Assembly (NCBI GenBank): GCA_034780895.1
Contig: JAUZTB010000078.1
Span: 6,097,672-6,161,671, forward strand
Direction of reading: 5' to 3'
Origin: Rhynchobatus australiae
Taxonomy: Eukaryota
DNA length: 64,000 nt
Below the pieces are notes generated by a model. That model saw nothing but the letters and a program-made list of their open reading frames with translations, had not been told where the DNA came from and searched no databases. The translations under genes and the position numbers were made by a program. Each line of letters begins with the position of its first letter. Within the stretch, counting starts at the first letter, position 1. Below, piece by piece: positions 26,160 through 38,063 of this stretch.

Positions 26160-27050
26160 TTTTATCAAAAGTAGGATGTTTGCTGATTGCACAGTGTTCA
26201 GCACCATTGAAAACGGCTCAGGTAATAAAGCAGTCCACATCCAAATGCAGCAAGACCTGGTCAATATCCAAACCTGGGCTGATGGCAGGTAAGTGCCAGG
26301 CAATGACAATACCCAACAAGAGAAAATCAAGCTATCACCTCTTGACATTAAGTGGCATTATCATTACTGAATCCCCCACTATCAATATAGATCACTAACT
26401 ACTCCAGTTCAGTTTCTGGTCAATGGGTAAACCCCACTTTTGGGTTTACCCATTGACCAGAAACTGAACTGGAGTAACCACATACAAATGTAGCTACAAG
26501 AGCAGGTCAGAGGCTAGGAATCTTGCAGCGAGTAACTTGCCTCCTAACTGCAAGGCCTGTTCATCATCTGCAAGACTCAAGTCAGGAGTCTGAAGGAAGA
26601 ATCTCCACTTGCCTGAATAAGTGCAGCTTCAACAGCACTCAAGAAGCTTGACATCATACTGGACGCAGCAGCCGACTTGATCAGCAATCCATCCGCAACC
26701 ATTCACTCACTCCACCACTAACATGCAATAGAATTAGTTTGCGCCATCTACAGAATGTACTGCAGCAACTCACCAAGACTCCTTGGATAAAACCTCAAGT
26801 TCTGCCAGTGAGAAAGACAAGGGCAACAAAGGCATGGGAACAGCATCACCTGGAAATTGCCCCCGCCAAGCCACATACCGTCCTGACTTGGAAATGTATT
26901 GCTGTCCCTTCACTGTCACTGGGTCAGCATCCTGGAACTGACTCCCGGACCACACCTCAAGCACTGCAGCGGTTCAAGGCACCACCTTTTCAAGGCCAAT
27001 TAGGGTTGGGAAATTAAATGCTGGCTTAGTCTGCAAAGTCCATCCCTTAA
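26160..27050 (+). mobile_element. CR1-clade LINE 3' fragment
   Basis: gtaggatgtttgctgattgcacagtgttcag (FADD region), gtagctacaagagcaggtcagaggctagga, and 3'UTR aaatgctggcttag. Confidence 0.75.
26400..26476. repeat. Perfect 35-bp inverted repeat with 7-nt loop
   Basis: 26400-26434 tactccagttcagtttctggtcaatgggtaaaccc is the exact reverse complement of 26442-26476. Confidence 0.97.
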
Positions 27051-27659
27051 ATAGAAAAAAGAGAACTAGAACATTGTTTTATTTTCGTTATCGTCTATAC
27101 CTCCTGCAGACATGCCCTGACCACTGTCAGCTAGTAGTATCATTTGTCATTCAGCCTCTGCTGGTCTCCATCTTATAAACTTTTCTCTCTGCTCTTCCCC
27201 TGTTCCTATGCAATTTAAAGCCTTAATTTTTAAATTTTCCAGTCTGCTGAAGGCTGTTCAAACTGAAATATTCTCGTCGTCCTCAGTGGCTGCCTGATCT
27301 GCTGGGTATTTCGAGCATTTTCTGTTTTTTTTATATTATACGTATAGAATTCTAGTATCTGCAGAATTTTGTTTTGAAATAATTTGGCTGCGTCTGTTCT
27401 GAGAAGCCAAAGGAATAATCATGTTGCACCAGAGAGATGTGGAAAATCATACCCAATTTCATTCTCCTTAATGTGGAGTTTATTGAATAAATAAACGGTA
27501 GACAATTTTTGAACTAGTATTTTTGACTCTCAATAATACTAATGGTTTATAACATTGCTGATCTGTTAAGTTGAAAAATATGTGAAGTGGAACTTGTATG
27601 CTCTGCTTGCCTAGTATTCCTGGAAGGTAATACTAATAAGGTGGCAGTCACTAGATAAA

Positions 27660-27875
27660 TATAAAATAAAAGCAGGAAAAGTTGCAAGTATTCAGTGTGG
27701 AAACAAAAAACAGTTAATGCTTCAGGTCAATATCCTTTCATCAGAATTGTTCATCTATTCATATGAAATGCCATGTCTAAAATATTATCTCTGTTTCTCT
27801 CTGCATAGATGCTGCCTGATTTGCTGAGTGTTTCCAGCTCTTTCTGTCCTTGTTTCAGGTTTTCAGCATTTGGCT
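27660..27875. mobile_element. Short palindromic Penelope-derived element
   Basis: aaataaaagcaggaaaagttgcaagtattcag...cctttcatcagaa faces ...gatgctgcctgatttgctgagtgtttccagc...; the minus strand contains CTGATGA-AAGG..CCT-GAAG. Confidence 0.55.
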
Positions 27876-27889
27876 CCTGAGAAAACTTG

Positions 27890-29075
27890 ATGCAGGGAAA
27901 GGATATTTGGCCCCCCTTGCCAGTTATGCCGTTAAGATTATATCTAATCTTTTTCCCTCAGTTCCACTTTCCTGCACTTACTTTATATTCCTTAACATCT
28001 AAAAATGTATATATTGATCCCTTTGAAGGAACTGAATGAGTCTACACAGCCCTCTTAACTGGTGGTCTCCAAAATTTCACCATCCATGCTTGAAGAACTT
28101 TTCTTTTGTCATCTTGGCTTCTTATAAGGTCATAACCCCTAGTTCTAGAAACGCTAGCTAGGGAGAAACCAACTCTACAACTATCCTGTCAAGCCTTTGT
28201 AAGAATTTTGTATATTTCATGAGATCCTCTTGCTCTCTCAAACTATAGAGAGCAAAGGCCCAGTCTGCTTAATCTCTCCTCAGTGGACAAATCCTCCATC
28301 TCAGAAATCTGTCTTTGTTAAATTCTCACTATTGCAAGTATGCTCTTCCTTTGGGTAGGGAGATCAGGCTTGTTGACAATATTTCCAGATGCAGTCTTAC
28401 CAAGCCACGTTTATAATTGAAGCAGGCCTTCTCTACTTTTCTACTCAAATCAGACATGCCAATTGCCTTAATGGCTTTCAATGATTCCTGTACAACATTT
28501 CCTCTGAACATCAATATCTTTTGAACTTCTCAGTTTAAAAAAAATTCCCTTTTCTATTTTTTCTACCAAGTGGATGACCTCACGTTTTTTGTTTTATTCC
28601 ATCCACCCATTCACTTTGTTTATTCATGTTTCTTTAAGGCACTTCTGCAATATCTTCGCAACTCATCATGCCACCTAGCCTGTACTGTCATCAGCAAATC
28701 TGCGTGTATTACATGATCCTGTCATCTAAATTATTGATAGATTATATACAACTGGGATCTCAGCACCAATCCTTTGGCATCTTGTGTACCTCCCAGCCCA
28801 TTTAATACTGTTTTCTCTATTATCAATCCTCCAATTATTCCAGTATATTAAACTTAATAGCATGTGTTCTGGTTTTTAATCTCATGTGTGGCACCCTATC
28901 ATAGACCTTCTGAAAATACACCACGACCCTTATCAATTCTGCTGGTTATCTCAAACATAAAAGATTTGCTAAATGTGATTTCTCTTCCATAAATTCATGT
29001 TATTTTCTAAGTGCTTTGTTACCACCTCCTTAATAATAGATTCCAGCAAATTCCTTCTTATTGATGTCTGACTAT
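27890..29075 (-). mobile_element. Degenerate CR1 LINE relic
   Basis: Reverse CR1 motifs (ctatcctgtcaagcctttgtaagaattttgtat, gtcatcagcaaatct = reverse FADD, accacctccttaataatagattccagc). Confidence 0.75.
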
Positions 29076-29584
29076 ATCCTTTGCATATAAATAATCAGGA
29101 AAAGATTTTTGTATAGTGAGTAGTTAGTCTGGTGTGCATTGTTGAGGTAGTAATGGAGGCAGATTGTAGAGTTGAAAAGTAATTGGGTGAATATCTCAAT
29201 TTTCAGGGCTATGGGGAGATGGTGGGTGTGGGACGAGCTGCATTTATTTTGCAGAGAGCCAATACAAAATTGATAAACCAATGAGTGGCCTCCTGTACTG
29301 TAACCATTCTGTGATTCTGGGTAATTGAGTGTTACATTATATTGTAACTAACATTCAGCATTACATCTTTGTAGTACCTGCCATTGGATAAAATTACTAT
29401 AAATTATTTATATAGTAAAATAAGTGTTTCCTGCCTCTTCAATCTACACTTCATGTGAATGTGCATCCATCAAAAAGATAAAAACAATGAACAGCTGTTA
29501 AAGGCAAATGCATGCAAAATGTTCTTGTATTCAAAATCTGAAGTAAACTGTAATTAAGTTTGAGCACTGTTTTGTATCATACAG

Positions 29585-29796
29585 TTGAAAGCGGTACATG
29601 AGCAGCTGGCTGCCCTTTCCCAACCACAACTGTCAAAACCAAAGAAGAAAGAGAAAGATAAGAAAGAGGAGAAAAAGAAAGAGAAGGAAAAAGAAAGGGA
29701 AAGGCATAAAAAGAAAGATGATGTGGAGGAAAAGAAGAAAAGCAAACCTAAGGAGCAACAGCCAAAAAAATCAAAGAAGAACAATGCAAATACCAG
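29585..29796 (+). CDS. brd4: BRD4 coding exon: motif B coiled coil and basic BID/NLS tract ([28 protein letters not shown]...KKNNANT)
   Basis: Acceptor tatcatacag|TTG and donor CCAG|gtaaac; 212 nt, phase 0-2; ORF 29585..29800. Confidence 0.96.
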
Positions 29797-30019
29797 GTAA
29801 ACCTTCCCAGCTGTGCAAAATTTATTCACATGTTGGTTTAATCTCAGTCATGGTTAAATCTCACTGTCAGTTGTCCTGTTTTCTGCTTCAGAGTCCTGAA
29901 ATTTGGAGCTCCCATTGATAGAAGGTTGCAAAGTATTTGGAAATACTGACCTTTTAGGTCTTGTTGCAATATTTTTTGTATGTTACTGATGGGAATGACT
30001 ACTCTTCTGATTGTAAATA

Positions 30020-30136
30020 TGCAGGGATCTGTGCTGGGACCTTTGATGCATTAAATGACTTGGATGTGAATGTAGGAGGTATAATCAAGTTTGCAGACAA
30101 CAAGATAAAAATTGGTGGTGGCCTGGGTAGTGAAGA
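30020..30136 (+). mobile_element. CR1 RT fragment abutting a gap
   Basis: Translates LNDLDVNVGGIIKFADNKIKIGG, which matches the CR1 INDLD...KFADDTKIGG motif. Confidence 0.7.
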
Positions 30137-31126
30137 NNNNNNNNNNNNNNNNNNNNNNNNNNNNNNNNNNNNNNNNNNNNNNNNNNNNNNNNNNNNNNNN
30201 NNNNNNNNNNNNNNNNNNNNNNNNNNNNNNNNNNNNNNNNNNNNNNNNNNNNNNNNNNNNNNNNNNNNNNNNNNNNNNNNNNNNNNNNNNNNNNNNNNNN
30301 NNNNNNNNNNNNNNNNNNNNNNNNNNNNNNNNNNNNNNNNNNNNNNNNNNNNNNNNNNNNNNNNNNNNNNNNNNNNNNNNNNNNNNNNNNNNNNNNNNNN
30401 NNNNNNNNNNNNNNNNNNNNNNNNNNNNNNNNNNNNNNNNNNNNNNNNNNNNNNNNNNNNNNNNNNNNNNNNNNNNNNNNNNNNNNNNNNNNNNNNNNNN
30501 NNNNNNNNNNNNNNNNNNNNNNNNNNNNNNNNNNNNNNNNNNNNNNNNNNNNNNNNNNNNNNNNNNNNNNNNNNNNNNNNNNNNNNNNNNNNNNNNNNNN
30601 NNNNNNNNNNNNNNNNNNNNNNNNNNNNNNNNNNNNNNNNNNNNNNNNNNNNNNNNNNNNNNNNNNNNNNNNNNNNNNNNNNNNNNNNNNNNNNNNNNNN
30701 NNNNNNNNNNNNNNNNNNNNNNNNNNNNNNNNNNNNNNNNNNNNNNNNNNNNNNNNNNNNNNNNNNNNNNNNNNNNNNNNNNNNNNNNNNNNNNNNNNNN
30801 NNNNNNNNNNNNNNNNNNNNNNNNNNNNNNNNNNNNNNNNNNNNNNNNNNNNNNNNNNNNNNNNNNNNNNNNNNNNNNNNNNNNNNNNNNNNNNNNNNNN
30901 NNNNNNNNNNNNNNNNNNNNNNNNNNNNNNNNNNNNNNNNNNNNNNNNNNNNNNNNNNNNNNNNNNNNNNNNNNNNNNNNNNNNNNNNNNNNNNNNNNNN
31001 NNNNNNNNNNNNNNNNNNNNNNNNNNNNNNNNNNNNNNNNNNNNNNNNNNNNNNNNNNNNNNNNNNNNNNNNNNNNNNNNNNNNNNNNNNNNNNNNNNNN
31101 NNNNNNNNNNNNNNNNNNNNNNNNNN
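30137..31126. other. Assembly gap hiding the 5' half and acceptor of the ET exon
   Basis: 990 N. The expected [32 protein letters not shown] segment is absent elsewhere in the window. Confidence 0.9.
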
Positions 31127-31280
31127 GTAGTTCACATCATTCAGTCCCGTGAACCCTCACTGAGAAACTCAAACCCTGATGAGATTGAAATAGACTTTGA
31201 AACATTAAAACCCTCCACATTGCGAGAGCTAGAACGATATGTTACATCATGTTTACGGAAAAAAGCGAGGAAACCTCAAG
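31127..31280 (+). CDS. brd4: BRD4 ET-domain exon, 3' part only; 5' part lies in the N gap ([51 protein letters not shown])
   Basis: Open frame begins immediately after the gap 30137-31126. Canonical ET motif [22 protein letters not shown]; donor CAAG|gtgaga, phase 1. Confidence 0.96.
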
Positions 31281-34200
31281 GTGAGAGTTTATCCCTTGCA
31301 TATGAGAGAGCTAATTGAATTTTTGGATCAATTTCACACATTTGATTTCTGCGTGCAAATTTACAGAAGCTATTCCTGAAATCAATAATCCTCTTTACTG
31401 ATATTATTCTCCACTTTCATGTCCCACACTATTTCTTGTTTGTAGGGTCAATAGGGAGATTTTTTTCCTCTAGGCTTTTCCTAGTATTACCTCTGAAAGC
31501 TGGCTGTTGGCGATGTATAAGACTGACATGGAGTGACTATTTCTTTCCTGAGCCCTAAGCTGGGTCCTGGGCCACATTACTGGTGTTCTGTGAAATGTGA
31601 GCACACTGCATTATTGCCAGAGACTGATTTATTGAAAGAATTGTCAATTTTAGAGAACAAAAACAATCACACATACTAAAAGCTGGAAATTTAAAACAAC
31701 ATGTTGGACTTGCATCTGAGAAGAAAAAAGTTCTTTTTACTCACTGATTGAAATAGTATCACCTTAAGCAAAGCTTAAGAGCCTTAAGTGACATCTTGGA
31801 ATCTAACACAAGGGGCGTAATATTCATTGGAATGGCCTTCCTTACAATTTCAGTCCCTTGCTCTAACATTTGGAATTCCACAAAAGAAATTTACTTCTGT
31901 TGCCTTGCTTGGTGGTGGATAATTTGAATCCCATTAGAGTGTTGTCTTGGCAGTTTCCCTTTATTCCAAAAAAAAATTCATACTCCATTCCCAATGAGAT
32001 CACCTTTTATTTACTGTTTAATATGAAGTGTAGGAAGTGAGACTACACTTCTATATTGTAACTTTATAATTCTGCATTCCTTTTTCTCCCCTCAACTTTT
32101 GAGGCATCGTGGCTTGCTAGAATGACCATTCTTCCCTGATGAGGAGCCAGTGAGACTTTGCTGATGAGCTGGAGGGTGTTGCAGAAATGCCTTTTTTCTT
32201 TTACGATCTTATGATCACCTTTTTCTAGCAATTGGCTTTGATAGAAAGCAGAAACAGGAATGCAGGGTGATATTTTCCCCTCCCAAGTGTCAGCTTGACA
32301 TTTCAGTGCAAATGCATTTTTGTTAACACTAATATTTCCTCATTTCTGTTTGGCCAGACTAGTGAATTGTAGCCAAGAATTTGATTAGTGTCATAAAGTT
32401 TAGGAAGTGTTGACAAGTCAGCATCTGACTTTGATGTTTTGCTTCCCACACTCATCCCCTTTCTGCTCTCCAGAAACTTAAGTATAGAGAGAAATTGAAA
32501 CAACACAGCAAAATCTGGTAAACTGATATTTTGGCTGGTTGTCCTGAGGCTCGGCACACCATACATGATAGATTAAAGGACTATTTTTTGTTTATTTTTA
32601 TTATTGTTTATTAAAATGATCAATAATGGTGCAGTATACAAATCCCTGAAGTTGATGACAATGAAGCCATTTTGTCAAAACTGTAGAATGTGAGAATAAT
32701 CTGAGTTTAAAAATGAAGCTCTTTAGGTTACTCCCACTCATTTCTATCTGCCACTTGTGGTTAAATCTGTTCAGGTGTTCATCCTTTTAAGTGGAACAGG
32801 AGTTATTGCTTCCCCACCCCTGTCAGGCAGCAAATTCCAGATCCCCATAATTTTTGGGTGAGGATTTTTCCCCATATCCCCTGTGATCCTTCCTGCTAAT
32901 TAAAGCCTGTGGCCGAGGTCATTATTTTAAGTGAGAGTCAATGGCAGAGGCAAAGGTGAAATACTTAGGAGGCGGAGGAATATCTAGATGGTTTCTTGAA
33001 TAATTGGACTACATAGAGTGATACAGGTGCAGGAAGAGAGTATGCTAGAGTTGGAGCCTCAGAATTAAATACACAAAAATGAAAATGTTAGCATTCGTGA
33101 TCGTAATCTTGATGGATATTAGAAGATGGAAAGAAAAGAAACACCAACTGTACTTCAGGCTAAGCCTCAGGCTAGTATGGATTTCATCTCCAGAAATTTA
33201 AAATCCATGTAGGAGATAACAGTGACATTGATGCCTAAATAAAACAGTTCAGGAAAATTATGAACAGCTGATGTAAGTTTTATCTCATAAAGGTAGATAA
33301 ACATCAGTGACAGGAAAGATACTGGTGTAAGTCTTGTTAAAATGTATGTGAGAGTTTTCATCTTGGTTGAAAGCAAAGCTTCACGTTGAAGTTCTAATTA
33401 ATTATGCTTCTGAAGTAGACCCCTTAAGAATTGTGTTAGCAAATTTCACCAGTGTAGTGGTATCAGTCAACATGCCTGTTGTTTTCCAATAATTCCTTTC
33501 GGATTTCACAGGGATAGAAGTTCATGTGCAAGGTGAAAAGAGATGATTAGGTGGAAAGGACTTGTACTCAGTGTGGGGCCAGTTAATTAACTTTTATGTT
33601 TTCTTGTTAGATAGAAGAGCTAATGGTCCTTTATTCATTTGGGAATCTAGAAAAACCTCATGAATTTAAAAGTTTGGCAACATGTATCAATTACCAGGAA
33701 TTGAGATGGAATTTGTGTTTTGCAGAATATGGCAAATATAAAATTTGACAGCAACCAATTTCTGTGGACCTCAGTTACAACCTGTTCTGTGGTTGAGTTA
33801 CTTTTATGGAGTTATGGTGTATTTGGCTTCTGAGATCACTAGTTTTGTTTCAGTATTTTACTGGTGTCTTAAGCTCCATATGTTTCATAAGTGGAAAAAA
33901 ATTATGGCTGACAAAAGTGAGTTGGAAACTTCCTCTTTGATGCAGAAAGTAGTTCTGCAGGAAGATATAATTTGCAGAGCTAAAGGGAGCATCAGTCACT
34001 TTTTGTACTATAGAATGTGTTCTATATAGAATATGCAGTGAACCTCAAATTTGGGAAAAGGTTTAAATACAGGCTGAGGTTTTTGGCCCAAAATTATGTT
34101 TGAAGCCTGTTAAGATCACTGAAGTGAGTAATAAAATCTATCAACTTTGAAGCCAATTTCAGTCTTGCAAACCACATTTCATTTTGTTTTTATTTTTGAT

Positions 34201-37200
34201 TACTTTTGAAATATTCTAGGCATACTTTACAGTTTAAACTACCGTTCCCCTCTTTTACTTGGTGCTTGTCAAATGGAACCTCTTTGTGCAGAAAAATGGG
34301 CCTCTTGTTTGTGTTAGGAACCCAGGGCCAAAATCAAACCATCCTAACTCGCAGCATATCCAAAAGTGCAGACAATAATGTTCCCTAACTCTGAATGCAC
34401 GGGGAACCCACGGGGCGATCCAAGTGCTCTTGGACCCCTAGTAAGTTATCCATGCATTCATTAAGATTATTAATGCTGTACTTGGGCAATTACGTGATGG
34501 GTTTTTGGCCTTTAAGGAGTTGACACAGTACAAATTCATTTTGCCTCATGATCTTATAATGCAATCACACAAAATAAATTGAACCCAGGTATAATTTTCT
34601 CTGCTTGTCCCTTCTGATCAAAGTGATTAACAAATACATGACCTTGGACCTTTTTATTTGAAGATTGTCACGGGTGATGCTTATATGCCATGATATAATG
34701 ATCCTCACTATTGTGGGGATAGGTGCTGTTACAAGTTTACCCATGCTGTCAGCATTGTTACTGTAACATTAACTGATCGAAACGACAAAAGAGCCTTTTA
34801 ATGCAGCAAAATGTCCCAAGACACTTAAGAGCAACGTTGGTATCCTTTTGATGGTGACACAGGCTATTATCAATGACAGTGATTGAAATTTGGTCTTTGG
34901 AGTAGATTTGTGGGACAGTTTTATGAGGAGAATTATAGGGCATGTTGGCAAGGTAACCAGTGATGAAGTGATTAGAGTAGAGGGTGTGCAAGAGGCCAGA
35001 AATGGGGGAACAGGGGGTCTTGAGATCTTGTTGAGCTGAGGGGGTGGAGCCAAGGTTGAGGACTTTAAAATGAGGTATTTGTTGCCAGGACCTGTATATA
35101 GTTCAGAGCATATGTTATGTATGATTAAAACTCATAGCAGTGAGTTCAGTTGTGCTTCTGTCAGGGGAAAATAGGAAAGAAGTATATTATGAGAGACTTC
35201 AGAGATGCAGAGGCAACTGGGTGAACTAGTGCATGATTTGCAAAAAAAGCTAGTATGCATACACCCAAAATAATGGAGAAAGCCATCACTGTCAGTGCTA
35301 GGGAGATCAGTTACAGAGGACATTGGTCAGACCACATCTGGACTACTATATGGCATTAATCTACTCTGAAAAGAAAGGATGTTAATATTGTTGGAGGTAG
35401 TTCAGAGGATTTCAGGACAAATAACTAAAATGAGGTTGGATAGGCTTTGCTTGTATGTGATAGAGCTTAAGAGTGAGAGGAAAGTTGATTGAAACCTAAG
35501 ATCTGACAGGATGGGAGAACATGTTTTTCACATAATAGATCGAAATACTGTGTTTCTGAGAGAAAACATTTCACAAAACTAACCCTTACTCAATTCAGGT
35601 GCAGTTGAACTGACTTTAGTCGAGTCTTAGCCAGAAACCACAGTGTGATGCTCCAGGTAAGCTATGACAGATGTACATCCCCAATGAATTAAATGTATGT
35701 GGGAACAGGCAACCCTAATCATAAATACAAAGAAAGATATTTGACGTTCCTGTATTAGTATGCTTATGGCTTTGCTCATTGGATTGGGCAGAATTGGTAC
35801 ATTACCACTATCCTTAAAATTAGCTCCAAACCTTTAGGATTGTGGAATTAAGATTGCTTAATTTAAACAAAATCACAAAATATTTTCTTCCACCTCCTGG
35901 TTTAAAAAAAAGTACCATGTAGTCCTTTACCAATACCTACTGTGTTAAACTGCAGTTTGAATAACAGGTAGTGGAACTCTGGGAAATTTTTCTACATCAT
36001 CAGTCCTTGAAAACTTGCTGGCTCCTTTTTTTTTGGACAGTTTCATTTTCTGTATTCCAAATGCCAAGAGCATTCCATTGTACATTAAAATGTCTTGTCC
36101 ATTAAAATGCTTTTGGAACGTAGAGCAACTTTAACCAGTTGCTTTGTAATTTGGTGCTTCCTGTACCAATGATTTGACCTTGAGATTGTGACAGATATCT
36201 GAATTTGCATGTTCTTGGTAGCTAACATCTATATGCATATATGAGGTCTAGATTTGTTCCAGATCCCAGGTTACAGCATTTTCTCTCTAATCAGTTCATG
36301 AACAGTTAAGACAGAATATGCTCTTCTGCTCACACATCTAAGATGTGATTGTATTCTTATGAAGACCATTGATAATCATATTTGTAAGATTCATGTATGA
36401 TGCTGGGGAAAAGGACTTGCTGTACAATAGTCGAATAGAAAATTTGCCTCAATGCATTTTATTGATAACTTGAGCAGTGGTTGCAAGTGAGATATAACCA
36501 ATATGTCCATGGATTACAGTAAGGACAGTGAAAAATTGTTAATTTTGGTGTAGTTATTGGTAACATGATGTGATTTTCATTGTGCTTTATGTGAATGGGT
36601 TCTTTGGCCCTAATCTGGGTGATATCTACCTTGTTTATTGGAAGATACTGTAATATCAGTTTTTTTGTGACAATGATTGTCTTTACTTTGGATATATGAT
36701 CATTGTTAAATGATCTACACTGTTACAGCATCATTGGACTTGTGAATGGGCATGCACAGGTTGGGTATTGACATCTTTGGGGCTGCTTAACTTAGAGGTC
36801 AGAACAACAGCTGGTTTTCAGAGGTACACTATTTCCTTTTTAATTTTGAATCAGATTTGACTTCTCCAGTGAAATAGATATTGAATTTGGCAAATGCTGA
36901 ATTTCAGTAGTGATGTCATGATACAAAAGTTTAAATTTTTTACATAGCAAAATCAACCTTAATTCTTAGACTTTGGAACAATGCATAGTTTCTGTTCAGT
37001 AACAAATATAGTCATTTAACACTCTCAGTATTAACAAATTGTGAGCAGGAGTAGGTCACATGAGTCTCTAAGCCTGCTCCAACATTTAATAAGATTGTGT
37101 CTGAAGTGATTGTAACCTCCTGTTTACCCATGGCAACCTTTTAGCCCCTTGNNNNNNNNNNNNNNNNNNNNNNNNNNNNNNNNNNNNNNNNNNNNNNNNN

Positions 37201-37943
37201 NNNNNNNNNNNNNNNNNNNNNNNNNNNNNNNNNNNNNNNNNNNNNNNNNNNGGCGCTGGGGGAATCATCGATGGATATTTATGGGGATGACAAAAAAATT
37301 ATGCTAGTTATGCTAACCCTGCTACTGCAGATGCCATAGAATTCTCTGGCTGTCATGGCAGCTAGTTTTTGGTTTTGAATCCCTTCAAATGGTTTGACCA
37401 TTGCTCTTTTGACATGAGTGAAAGTAGTTAAAAATTAAATTGGTCAAATTTTTTTTAAATGGGAATTTTTTTTAATCCCTCAATTCTTGAGCCTTGGGCT
37501 TTTTGCAATTAATTTCTGAAGTTGACCTCTTTGTAAGCAGTGACCAGGGATCATTCCCCTCACTCCCCTTCTCTCTGTCCTGTATTTTTGTGCAGCTCTT
37601 TACAGTAGCACAACCTGAGGTTGGAATGTGTTTCGCAATGAATTGAATCCTATATTCTATTTATTTCACTTCAATTTTTTAAAATGTGATTTAATGTTTT
37701 ATTAAGGCAATATTATCATGACCTCACTTCGTGCTTCCAAGCATTTGCTAAAGTCTCTTTAGATTATTGGCCTTCTAAGTTGCAAACAATGAATAGATCC
37801 TTTTTTCCTTTAGCTGCTTTTCCTTCCTTCAATTTGCATCTGATCCCATGTGCCAAATTAGATTAATTTTATTCACTGTGTTGTACCTGTGTAATGGTAC
37901 CAAAGAGCTTGGTCCAAATCTTGTTGTGTGATGCTGTTTGCAG

Positions 37944-38063
37944 TGAAAAAAGTCCCAGGGAAATCGAACGATGAGCTCCAGCTAGACTCGAAGAGTGAGC
38001 TGGATACCAGGTTACATGACGTTAGCGGCCAGCTGAGCTCTGGGAAGAAACCAGGCAGAAAAG
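37944..38063 (+). CDS. brd4: Post-ET coiled-coil exon of BRD2/BRD3/BRDT type (VKKVPGKSNDELQLDSKSELDTRLHDVSGQLSSGKKPGRK); probable cassette exon
   Basis: Acceptor gctgtttgcag|TG and donor AAAG|gttggt; 120 nt, phase 1-1, no stop. EL..RL.DVSGQL..KKP..K matches BRD2/3 [13 protein letters not shown](N/S)S.KKP; GC-richer than its flanks. Confidence 0.85.

Larger units (their letters stand above)
25785..27330. mobile_element. Penelope-derived inverted-repeat element (arms about 25785-25970 and about 27140-27330) enclosing a CR1 relic
   Basis: aaagcagaaaatcctggg..actcagcagatca..gaactgggaaaagttaaaaattaagttttaaattgca is the approximate reverse complement of tgcaatttaaagccttaatttttaaattttccagtctg..tgatctgctgggtatttcgagcattttctg. 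Confidence 0.55.

Noticed and set aside
29961-31152. Long ORFs of 346-389 aa in the ORF track
   Set aside because: They consist almost entirely of N-gap translation; the real part is a CR1 RT fragment.
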